Origin: Bacteroidales bacterium
GTDB taxonomy: Bacteria > Bacteroidota > Bacteroidia > Bacteroidales > VadinHA17
Reading direction: 5' to 3'
Length of the DNA stretch: 64,000 nt
NCBI GenBank assembly: GCA_007132995.1
Contig: SLNP01000023.1
Location: forward strand, 618 to 64,617
The translations under genes and the position numbers were made by a program. This document shows, piece by piece, positions 1 to 7,041 of this stretch. How positions within the stretch are numbered: position 1 is the first letter of the stretch; each line of letters starts with the position of its first letter. The notes below the pieces were generated by a model. The model had not been told where the DNA came from. It searched no databases and was given only the letters and a program-made list of their open reading frames with translations.

Positions 1-20
1 AGCTGCGACAGCAGCGAGCC

Positions 21-75
21 CATGCCCCATGCCCCATGCCCTTTGCCCTATGCCCTATGCCCTATGCCCTATGCC
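21..75. repeat. Heptamer tandem array, 8 units NATGCCC (3x CATGCCC, 1x TTTGCCC, 4x TATGCC[C])
   Basis: Read directly: units at 21-27, 28-34, 35-41, 42-48, 49-55, 56-62, 63-69, 70-75. Flanked by related motifs TGCGACAGCAGCGAGCC (4-20) and TGCGAATGCAGTGAGCAC (76-93). Confidence 0.9.
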
Positions 76-95
76 TGCGAATGCAGTGAGCACTT

Positions 96-116
96 CTCTC
101 CGCTCTCCGCTCTCCG
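96..116. repeat. (CTCTCCG)x3 tandem heptamer array
   Basis: Units at 96-102, 103-109, 110-116. Followed by the third copy of the separator motif, TGCGAGCGTCAGTGAGCAC (118-136). Confidence 0.9.
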
Positions 117-140
117 CTGCGAGCGTCAGTGAGCACTCTA

Positions 141-192
141 AACTCCTCAACTTCTCAACTATTAAACTATAATCAAATAACCGTATAACCGA
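141..192. repeat. Two further short tandem duplications: (AACTYCTC)x2.5 at 141-160 and (ATAACCGN)x2 at 177-192
   Basis: Read directly: aactcctc aacttctc aact; ataaccgt ataaccga. Confidence 0.7.
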
Positions 193-547
193 ATATCCAT
201 CAACAAGATATTTACATGCAATCACGGAGACGCCCACATTGGGCGTCTCTACAATCGTTGTTTATGATGGTGCATTTCAATACGAATCCCATCAACCTGG
301 TACCTATACCGAACACCGGCCGGAGGCGACAGCCGACGGCACCGATCACCGCGGCAGCGCAGCTGCCGACAGGGGTAGGGTAGAGTTAACCTTCAAAAAA
401 GGACACTCTATTGAAGAGTATTGATATACGGCCGAAAATAGCCCCGTTTTTTACCGGATAAGAAAAACTGAGGAAAAAACGAGACCAAATTCACAAATGT
501 CAACACGCTGAGACAACAACAATCACCGACAAGAGAGAATAAGTACA

Positions 548-559
548 TTACATATGTAA
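548..559. promoter_or_regulatory. TTACA-N2-TGTAA palindrome (TTACATATGTAA), distal candidate operator
   Basis: Perfect 12-bp palindrome. Same half-sites as the three sites clustered at 821-879. Confidence 0.3.
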
Positions 560-820
560 ACTTTAACGGAATGAAATTGAGTATACTACTTAATAGTCAT
601 ACAATCAGTAATTTGTAGTTTATATATAAAGCAACAGATTATCTATTTTCTCTACAATACGCCCATATATGGGTAATATTGGTTAGATATTCAATATATA
701 ATACTCTAAACCAGTATATACAGACACCTAATATGAACCAATACTATATATTTCGACCTCTCTCATATCCCCATATAATGGAATACCTGGAAAAAGAGAT
801 ATTATCGACTATTTGACTAA

Positions 821-832
821 TTACAGATGTAA
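821..832. promoter_or_regulatory. TTACA-N2-TGTAA palindrome (TTACAGATGTAA), candidate operator 1
   Basis: Inverted 5-bp arms TTACA/TGTAA. First of three sites with centres 23-24 bp apart, upstream of the HTH gene. Confidence 0.4.
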
Positions 833-843
833 ATTCAATTACA

Positions 844-855
844 TTACAAGTGTAA
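844..855. promoter_or_regulatory. TTACA-N2-TGTAA palindrome (TTACAAGTGTAA), candidate operator 2
   Basis: Same arms, 23 bp from site 1. Confidence 0.4.
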
Positions 856-867
856 ATAAAAATTGAA

Positions 868-879
868 TTACATTTGTAA
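868..879 (+). promoter_or_regulatory. TTACA-N2-TGTAA palindrome (TTACATTTGTAA), candidate operator 3, overlapping a TAnnTTTG -7 box (TACATTTG, 869-876)
   Basis: Same arms, 24 bp from site 2. The embedded TACATTTG matches the Bacteroidetes primary-sigma -7 consensus TAnnTTTG and lies 31 nt upstream of the ATG at 907. Confidence 0.4.
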
Positions 880-906
880 TGTTACTGTTTTAATGCACTA
901 CACTGT

Positions 907-1362
907 ATGAAAGATCGAATTTTAATGTTTCTGAGCAATGAAAACCGTTCCTCTGCGCGGTTTGCAGCTGATATAGGCGTTCAGCCATCGAGTGTTTCGC
1001 ACATTCTCTCCGGTCGTAATAATCCGAGTCTCGATTTTGTTATGAAGATGTTGAAGAGGTATCCCTATCTGAGCACCGAATGGCTACTCTTTGGTACAGG
1101 CAAAATGTATAATCAGCAGGCCGAGCCTACACTGTTCGATCAGGAAGAGCCATATGACACTTTTGATAATGAGATAACTCCTCAAAATGAAGAGATTATA
1201 ACAACTACTCAGTCAGATGTTTCGGGAAAAAGAGGCTCTCTTCCTGATGATTCTGCCGACAGTCATAAACCGGACAGTAAAAGAAAAAGTGCTGTTAAGA
1301 TTGTGATATTCTACAATGACAACACTTTCGAACAGTTTCAACCGGTAGAGGGTGGGTGTTAG
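907..1362 (+). CDS. Small helix-turn-helix (XRE/Cro-like) DNA-binding protein, 151 aa
   Basis: ATG start. N-terminal HTH signature FAADIGVQPSSVSHILSGRNNPSLDFVMKML...STEWLLFG. Low-complexity acidic linker and short C-terminal domain (KIVIFYNDNTFEQF). Confidence 0.75.
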   Translation: MKDRILMFLSNENRSSARFAADIGVQPSSVSHILSGRNNPSLDFVMKMLKRYPYLSTEWLLFGTGKMYNQQAEPTLFDQEEPYDTFDNEITPQNEEIITTTQSDVSGKRGSLPDDSADSHKPDSKRKSAVKIVIFYNDNTFEQFQPVEGGC

Positions 1363-1440
1363 ATGTTAATAGAAAATTTGTGCAGACTCTGTGGCTCTAT
1401 TCGCTATTACTCTATATTTGCAGGAAAACATGGTGATTAT

Positions 1441-2232
1441 ATGGGAAAATATGTGCGTGATCTTACAATTAAGGAGAGCCGTAAAGCCGGTAGTGACCTC
1501 CAGTTGATAACCCTCTTTACCGGCCAGCCCTTTCCGGGCTTCCTGCCGGGCCAGTTTCTTCAGATACGGGTAGATGGAAGCAGCGATACTTTTCTGCGCA
1601 GACCTTTCTCCGTGCATGACTACGATAGCAGTAGCGGCGAGCTCAAAATACTTGTTCATATTGTGGGAAACGGTAGCAGAACTCTTGCGGCTATGCCTCC
1701 GGGAGAGTCCGTTAATGCAATCTTTCCACTTGGAAACTCCTTTACCATGCCGGAGAAGGGGCAGAAGGTGCTATTGGTTGGTGGAGGATGCGGAATCGCA
1801 CCTCTTCTTTATCTTGGAAGAAAAATCGTGGAAAACGGTATTAAACCTCAGTTTCTGCTCGGATTCCGTAACAGCTCGGTTATGCCTGAGACCAGGCCAT
1901 ATAGTGAGCTGGGTGAGCTGCTGATAGTTACCGAAGATGGCTCTGAAGGAGAGGCTGGCTTCGTTACTGACCACCATGTTCTGAAAGAGGGAGAGTATGA
2001 CAGAATATACTGTTGCGGGCCAGATGAGATGATGAAGGCTGTCGTTAATGCCCCTGCGGCCCTTAATGCGGGTTGTGAAGTATCTCTTGAGAACCTAATG
2101 GCTTGCGGCTTTGGTGTATGCCTTTGCTGTATTGCAGAGACGGTAAGGGGCAACCTCTGTACCTGCACCGATGGTCCGGTTTTTAACTCTGCCGACCTTA
2201 AGTGGGGACAGCCAGGTATTTCGTGCGGGTAG
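1441..2232 (+). CDS. pyrK: Dihydroorotate dehydrogenase (class 1B) electron-transfer subunit PyrK
   Basis: Ferredoxin-reductase-type motifs RRPFSV and GGGCGIAPL. C-terminal 2Fe-2S cysteine cluster CGFGVCLCC...CTCTDGP. Lies directly upstream of pyrD. The ORF-track start at 1363 adds 26 residues that do not look homologous, so ATG 1441 (MGKYVRDL) is preferred. Confidence 0.85.
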   Translation: MGKYVRDLTIKESRKAGSDLQLITLFTGQPFPGFLPGQFLQIRVDGSSDTFLRRPFSVHDYDSSSGELKILVHIVGNGSRTLAAMPPGESVNAIFPLGNSFTMPEKGQKVLLVGGGCGIAPLLYLGRKIVENGIKPQFLLGFRNSSVMPETRPYSELGELLIVTEDGSEGEAGFVTDHHVLKEGEYDRIYCCGPDEMMKAVVNAPAALNAGCEVSLENLMACGFGVCLCCIAETVRGNLCTCTDGPVFNSADLKWGQPGISCG

Positions 2233-2296
2233 CTGATAGGCATGTTACCGATACCCAATGATACAGTAAAACAGAACCGATAAAGAGATAGCAACT

Positions 2297-3217
2297 ATGA
2301 TTGATATGACCGTTGATCTGAATGGATTAAAGCTCAAGAATCCGGTTATGACTGCCTCGGGTACTTCCGGGTATGGAACTGAACTTGAAGATTTCTTTGA
2401 TCCTTCACTTCTTGGAGCCCTTATTGTTAAGGGAACAACACCTGAACCGAGGGAGGGAAACAGATACCCACGAATGGCAGAGACTGCCTCCGGAATGCTT
2501 AACTCTGTAGGACTTCAGAACAAGGGTATCGGCCACTTCAAGGAGGTTATATACCCCGATATTTCTCGCTATGACACCGAGGTTATTGTAAACATCAACG
2601 GTAACACTATCGATGACTATCTCAACATAACTGGCCAGCTGGTCTCTATGGATAAGATAAGGGCTATTGAACTTAATATTTCCTGTCCTAATGTCAAGAT
2701 GGGAGGAATGGCCTTTGGTACTCACTCTGCGAGTGCCAGGGAGGTGATAAGAGAGGTGCGGAAAGCATGGCCCCGCCATCTTATGGTTAAACTCTCTCCC
2801 AATGTGACCTCGGTAACAGAGTTTGCATCTATAGCCGAAGAGGAGGGAGCAGATTCACTTTCACTTATCAACACCCTTCTCGGTATTGCTATAGATGCTG
2901 AGAAGAGGAGACCCAAGCTTGCAAACATTACCGGAGGGCTTTCAGGTCCGGCTATTAAGCCTGTGGCGCTCAGAATGGTATGGCAGGTTTCGAAGGCAGT
3001 TGAAATACCTGTGGTTGGCATTGGGGGTATTGTTAGCAGCGATGATGCACTGGAGTTTATTATTGCCGGAGCCTCAGCGATACAGGTTGGTACCGGAATA
3101 TTTCTCGATCCTGAAGCTCCGGTTAAAATAGTAAAAGGTATTGAGGATTACTGTAAAAGGCATGGATTCAGTAATACAGAAGAGTTCAGGGGATCTTTCG
3201 AAGATGTGGCTCCATAG
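2297..3217 (+). CDS. pyrD: Dihydroorotate dehydrogenase catalytic subunit (class 1B) PyrD
   Basis: Motifs NPVMTASGTSGYG, catalytic-Cys loop ELNISCPNV, GGLSGPAIKP, GIGGI. Paired with pyrK. Confidence 0.92.
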   Translation: MIDMTVDLNGLKLKNPVMTASGTSGYGTELEDFFDPSLLGALIVKGTTPEPREGNRYPRMAETASGMLNSVGLQNKGIGHFKEVIYPDISRYDTEVIVNINGNTIDDYLNITGQLVSMDKIRAIELNISCPNVKMGGMAFGTHSASAREVIREVRKAWPRHLMVKLSPNVTSVTEFASIAEEEGADSLSLINTLLGIAIDAEKRRPKLANITGGLSGPAIKPVALRMVWQVSKAVEIPVVGIGGIVSSDDALEFIIAGASAIQVGTGIFLDPEAPVKIVKGIEDYCKRHGFSNTEEFRGSFEDVAP

Positions 3218-3247
3218 CCTCTTAAAAAAAAGACCAGATATTTTCCT

Positions 3248-3268
3248 GTTATAATTAAAAATTATAAC
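3248..3268. promoter_or_regulatory. 21-bp perfect palindrome GTTATAATT-AAA-AATTATAAC
   Basis: Arms at 3248-3256 and 3260-3268. Lies between the pyrD stop (3217) and the Lrp/AsnC start (3315). AT-only stem, so more likely a protein-binding site than a terminator. Confidence 0.35.
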
Positions 3269-3314
3269 TTAAGCCCACTATTTTTATCCGAAGTACTAAC
3301 TAAATTATAGAATA

Positions 3315-3782
3315 ATGGCCGAAAAGATGCAAATTGATAATCTGGACAGGAAAATACTGAGTATCATCACCAGAGATGCCCGTGTGCCCTATGTGGAGGT
3401 TGGAAAGGCCTGCGGTGTTTCGGGTGCTGCCATACACCAGAGAGTGCAGCGTCTGAAGAAGAGGGGTATAATAAAGGGGTCGAAATTTGTTGTTGACCCT
3501 GCAAGGATATCCCTTAGCACCTGCGCCTTTATAGGTGTTTTTCTCGACCATCCACGGCTATATGCCGATGTTGTAAAGCGACTTGATGAGGTAGCTGAGA
3601 TAACCGAATGCCACTACACAACTGGTAACTACTCACTCTTTATTAAGGTGTACGCCAAAGATAATGATCACCTGAGAACTCTTCTTAAGGATAAGATTCA
3701 GACCATTGAGGGGGTGATAAGAACCGAGACCCTTATCTCTCTTGAGGAGTCCATAAACAGAGAGATACCTATATTACCCTGA
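3315..3782 (+). CDS. Lrp/AsnC family transcriptional regulator
   Basis: N-terminal HTH LDRKILSIITRDARVPYVEVGKACGVSGAAIHQRVQRLKKRGIIKG. C-terminal RAM/AsnC_trans_reg-like domain. 155 aa, typical length. Confidence 0.9.
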   Translation: MAEKMQIDNLDRKILSIITRDARVPYVEVGKACGVSGAAIHQRVQRLKKRGIIKGSKFVVDPARISLSTCAFIGVFLDHPRLYADVVKRLDEVAEITECHYTTGNYSLFIKVYAKDNDHLRTLLKDKIQTIEGVIRTETLISLEESINREIPILP

Positions 3783-3957
3783 CAGACCTCTTTTTCTGTC
3801 TCTGATACAGCTCTTACATTGTACGGCTGATCCGGAGGTAGCATAAGATTAGTGTCGGTGCTTTTCTGTTGAACAAATACCATGTGCCCCTGTTGTATCG
3901 TTGTAGTTGCCGGTATAGACAGGTGTACTGGTAATACTACTGACAAGAAGTCGACAA

Positions 3958-4380
3958 ATGAGAAAGGGTCTATTTATAATTGGTTCATCTATAAGAAAAA
4001 GCCTCGCCTTACTCCTCACTGTTACCCTTTTACTGCTTCTCTATAACAATACCGTCAACAGACATTTTCATATGCTACCCGGCGGCCTTCTTATAGAGCA
4101 CGCTCACCCTTTCGGGTCACCGGCCTCAATCTTTGACGGGATCGATGACCACTCTCATAGCGACAAAGAGATACTTCTTCTCGGACAGCTATTTGCCATC
4201 TTTACTGTTGTTTTACTCCTTGCTGCCCTCCTGATACTGCTTTATATTTCAGCAATTTGCGAAAAAGGAGATACTCCATCAGGTAACTGCCATCCGCTAA
4301 AACCATTCTCTATACCCCTTATGCGGGCGCCCCCTCTCCGGGCACTGCTATCGGAGAACCCCCATATTTTGCATAAATAG
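3958..4380 (+). CDS. Hypothetical small membrane protein with His-rich loop
   Basis: Two hydrophobic segments (LALLLTVTLLLLLY; LFAIFTVVLLLAALLILLYI) flank NRHFHMLPGGLLIEHAHPFG...DDHSHSDKE. Lies 82 nt upstream of the TonB-dependent receptor, same strand. Confidence 0.5.
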   Translation: MRKGLFIIGSSIRKSLALLLTVTLLLLLYNNTVNRHFHMLPGGLLIEHAHPFGSPASIFDGIDDHSHSDKEILLLGQLFAIFTVVLLLAALLILLYISAICEKGDTPSGNCHPLKPFSIPLMRAPPLRALLSENPHILHK

Positions 4381-4462
4381 CTCTCTTAATATGGTATCCG
4401 GATAGTGTGATTATAAAATAGTGACTTTATTAGCAACAAATTCATATATAAGAATATAAGAG

Positions 4463-6700
4463 ATGAAAACTAAAGATATTATTGCAATAACAGCTATGCT
4501 GCTGATTGCTGCCGCACCACTTTTGCACGGACAGGAGGGGGAGACCGACTCAAATGTATTCGGACATGTTATAGATGCCTCTACGGATGAGCATGTACCC
4601 TTTATAAATGTTGTGATAGAGGGAACAAGAATCGGCACAATTACAGATGGCTCAGGCCACTACATACTTACAAATCTTCCGGTAGGGAAACATACCCTTG
4701 TGGTACTGGGTATGGGTTATGAGACCCAAAGGATAGAGATAGAGATAGATCTCGGACAGACGCTTGAGGTGGATTTCGAGGTTAACTATGTAGGTATTAA
4801 TCTCGATGATATAGTTGTTACAGCCTCTCCAACGGCCAGTGGATTCAGGTACCAGCCTGATATTGCCTACCTTGGTGAACAGCTTCAGAGGCGTAATGAG
4901 GTCTCTTTCGGTGAAATACTCAATTTCTCTCCCGGCATTTCCATGCGATCTTTCGGCTCTGCCCCGGCTCGCCCTGTTATAAGGGGGCTTGATGGTGACA
5001 GGATACTGGTACTGGAGAACGGTGAACGGATGGGCGATGTTTCAGAAACATCGGCAGACCATGCCATTGCAATGGATCCGATGGTGGCCTCAAGAATAGA
5101 GGTGGTAAGGGGTCCTGCAAGTCTTCTCTACGGCCCAAGTGCCCTTGGCGGGGTCATAAATCTGATGACAACCGATATTCCCGACAGATGGGATTTCGGA
5201 TCGTCCGGACTTCTCTCGTCCCAGTACAGTTCAATGAACAGAATGGGTGCCGGTTTTGCGCGCTATACTCACGGATGGGACAGCTATGCGATAAGCGGCA
5301 GGTTTGCATATCGTGAAGGCGGAGACATTAGGACACCCGCCGGAAGGGTGCCAGGCACATCTATGCGCAACACTGATGGCGCATTAGGATTTGGCTTCAG
5401 CGGCGACCGGGCAACAGGTGGAATCTCTTTTTCGGCTTCAGATCAGGAGTATGAGGTTCCGGAAAGCAGCCTTATTGATGATGAGGGTGTCTACATAACA
5501 ATGCAGAGAGTGGCGTTGCAGGGAAGGGTCGCTATGCAAAACAGCAGCAGCTTCTTCGACAGAACACAGTTCAGGTTTAATGCGAGCAGGATGTTTCAGC
5601 AGGAGATTGAGTATGAATATGATGACGGACTTAGAGATGAAGATGTTGAATTAGAGTACCTCAAGCACACATTTAGTTCAACAGCCACTTTGCAGCATAA
5701 GCCGTTCTCATTTTTTGACAGGGGTGCGGTAGGCCTTAACCTTTATGGCCACAATCTTGATGTGTCGGGCGATGAAGCCTACACGCCAGGCGAAAGAAGG
5801 TTTAACATGGGGCTTTTTACATTTCAGGAGATACCTATAACCAATACAATGCGCTTTCAGGCAGGGGTTAGATTCGACCTGATGCATATAGGGGCCATGG
5901 AGAATGAACTTTTTCCCGGAATAAGGGACAATAGGTTTGCCATAAACTACTCGGGTTCATTTGGTTTTAATCATAGACCTATTGAGGGGCTTGAGATAGG
6001 AGGACAGTTTGCCCGTTCACACAGAAATCCCTCTGTTGAGGAGCTTTTTGCCAACGGAGTGCATATAGGAGCCGGTGTTTATGAGCTGGGCAATAGTAAT
6101 CTGCGTGATGAGATAGGTCAGGGTACAGATTTTTTTATAAACTGGAATCGCAACCCCCTTGTGATGGAGGCCGCTTTTTTTGTAAACCATTTCAGAAACT
6201 ACATTATATTTGAGTCTACCGGCACAACAGATGATGATTCGGGCTACCCCGTATTCAGATACAGGGGCGAGGAGGCAAGGCTGGCAGGAGCTGAGCTATC
6301 TGCCTTCTGGACCCCGCACAGGAGAGTTGAGATCGGTATGGCAGCCGACTTTGTGACCGGTAAGGTGATAGCAGACGAAGAGAGCTACCTGCCATTTATA
6401 CCCCCTTTCAGGATTCGTGGTGAGGTAGAGTATGACTATGACAGGGGATGGGTAGGCGCAAGGGTGACCCATGCAGCCAGGCAGGATAGGGTGGCCACAG
6501 AGGAGGATCCAACCGATGGTTATACTCTACTGGCCCTGTCGGCAGGCTATCGTATCAGGACATCTGTCATGCAGCTTATTATTTTAAGAGTTGACAACCT
6601 GCTTGATCAGGAGTATCGTGACCATCTCTCGAGGATAGAAGATCGTAACTATCCCATGCCTGGCAGGAATATTTCTCTCACCTACCGGCTGATGTTTTAG
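4463..6700 (+). CDS. TonB-dependent receptor with CarboxypepD_reg-like N-terminal domain
   Basis: Signal peptide. Carboxypeptidase-regulatory-like domain (VFGHVIDASTDEHVPFINVVIEGTRIGTITDGSGHYILTNLPVGKHTLVV). Plug motifs (DDIVVTASP, IEVVRGPASLLYGPSALGGVINL). Barrel ends ...LTYRLMF. No SusD-like partner follows. Confidence 0.9.
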   Translation: MKTKDIIAITAMLLIAAAPLLHGQEGETDSNVFGHVIDASTDEHVPFINVVIEGTRIGTITDGSGHYILTNLPVGKHTLVVLGMGYETQRIEIEIDLGQTLEVDFEVNYVGINLDDIVVTASPTASGFRYQPDIAYLGEQLQRRNEVSFGEILNFSPGISMRSFGSAPARPVIRGLDGDRILVLENGERMGDVSETSADHAIAMDPMVASRIEVVRGPASLLYGPSALGGVINLMTTDIPDRWDFGSSGLLSSQYSSMNRMGAGFARYTHGWDSYAISGRFAYREGGDIRTPAGRVPGTSMRNTDGALGFGFSGDRATGGISFSASDQEYEVPESSLIDDEGVYITMQRVALQGRVAMQNSSSFFDRTQFRFNASRMFQQEIEYEYDDGLRDEDVELEYLKHTFSSTATLQHKPFSFFDRGAVGLNLYGHNLDVSGDEAYTPGERRFNMGLFTFQEIPITNTMRFQAGVRFDLMHIGAMENELFPGIRDNRFAINYSGSFGFNHRPIEGLEIGGQFARSHRNPSVEELFANGVHIGAGVYELGNSNLRDEIGQGTDFFINWNRNPLVMEAAFFVNHFRNYIIFESTGTTDDDSGYPVFRYRGEEARLAGAELSAFWTPHRRVEIGMAADFVTGKVIADEESYLPFIPPFRIRGEVEYDYDRGWVGARVTHAARQDRVATEEDPTDGYTLLALSAGYRIRTSVMQLIILRVDNLLDQEYRDHLSRIEDRNYPMPGRNISLTYRLMF

Positions 6701-6790
6701 ACCTGATTTAGAGAACTGACAACAGCAGTGAGTCGGTCACTACTCATTTAGATATTCACACCTCCGGCAACCGGTTTTGGAAAAGCGAAA

Positions 6791-6811
6791 GAGAGGAGCG
6801 CCGCTCCTCTC
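6791..6811. terminator. Bidirectional rho-independent terminator between the TonB receptor and tRNA-Lys
   Basis: GAGAGGAGCG-C-CGCTCCTCTC inverted repeat. T-rich run follows on the + strand (ttttctcttttttcttttt). A-rich run precedes it (aaaagcgaaa), giving a U-tract on the - strand. Confidence 0.6.
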
Positions 6812-6832
6812 TTTTCTCTTTTTTCTTTTTCG

Positions 6833-6905
6833 TGATTCAGCTGGGGCTCGAACCCAGGACCCCATCCTTAAAAGGGATGTGCTCTACCAGCTGAGCTACT
6901 GAATC
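6833..6905 (-). tRNA. tRNA-Lys (anticodon TTT)
   Basis: Hand-folded cloverleaf. Acceptor GATTCAG/CTGAATC; D-arm GCTC-AGCTGGTA-GAGC; anticodon stem CATCC/GGATG with loop CTTTTAA; T-arm CTGGG-TTCGAGC-CCCAG; discriminator A. CCA not encoded. Confidence 0.9.
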
Positions 6906-6924
6906 AGTCCCTCTTTTGCGAGTG

Positions 6925-6932
6925 CAAATGTA
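6925..6932 (-). promoter_or_regulatory. Candidate -7 promoter box TACATTTG for tRNA-Lys
   Basis: The minus strand reads TACATTTG (TAnnTTTG consensus), about 20 nt upstream of the tRNA 5' end. Confidence 0.35.
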
Positions 6933-7041
6933 TTAAAAAAAAAAAGAACACCAAGTTGGATAGTGGTTTTTTCTATTCTGCGATTTCTTTTATTTTGCAG
7001 CTGTTTTCAGATGAAGGTCATCCTTGGTTTTCTCAAAATAT

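Noticed and set aside
1-136. CRISPR-like reading of the three related ~18-nt motifs (4-20, 76-93, 118-136) with intervening 'spacers'
   Set aside because: Only three imperfect copies. The intervening segments are of unequal length (55 and 24 nt) and are themselves simple tandem repeats rather than unique spacers. No cas genes are in the window.
118-136. Cloning-vector contamination (GCGAGCGTCAGTGAGC recalls the pUC backbone ...GCGAGTCAGTGAGCGAGG)
   Set aside because: The similarity is about a dozen nucleotides and imperfect. The flanking sequence does not continue the vector sequence as I remember it.
290-420. Possible 5S rRNA (CCGAAC and GGGTAGGGTAGAG resemble 5S segments)
   Set aside because: The conserved 5S blocks (GAAGTTAAGC after CCGAAC, CCGATGGTACTG, terminal helix I pairing) are absent. 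No 16S/23S is nearby. The resemblance is only a few nucleotides.
55-424. ORF-track ORFs 55..237 (-) and 239..424 (+) as coding genes
   Set aside because: The first is translated straight through microsatellite arrays. The second has no start context, no recognisable motif, and lies in a GC-rich hairpin region. Both are short and isolated.
424-906. Chromosomal origin (oriC) in the AT-rich gene-free region
   Set aside because: I found no TTATCCACA/TGTGGATAA-type DnaA boxes, no dnaA/dnaN nearby, and gene polarity around it is not divergent.
1363-1440. Longer N-terminal extensions from the ORF track. Affected genes: pyrK 1363, SDR 7024, yfcC 10823, relA 10759, rimO 27509, ftsY 28477, mnmE 32532, DUF2764 43724, ntpE 44334, lipoprotein 53460, batB 58048, Lnb-like 63832.
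   Set aside because: These starts are TTG/GTG codons, or they add residues that do not match the family N-termini. In-frame ATGs that reproduce typical N-termini or signal peptides lie shortly downstream. In the mnmE case a -7 promoter box overlaps the longer start.
6833-6905. Genomic island integrated at tRNA-Lys (and likewise at tRNA-Arg, 63879-63955)
   Set aside because: No integrase, no direct repeat of the tRNA 3' end noticed, and the flanking genes are ordinary chromosomal functions.
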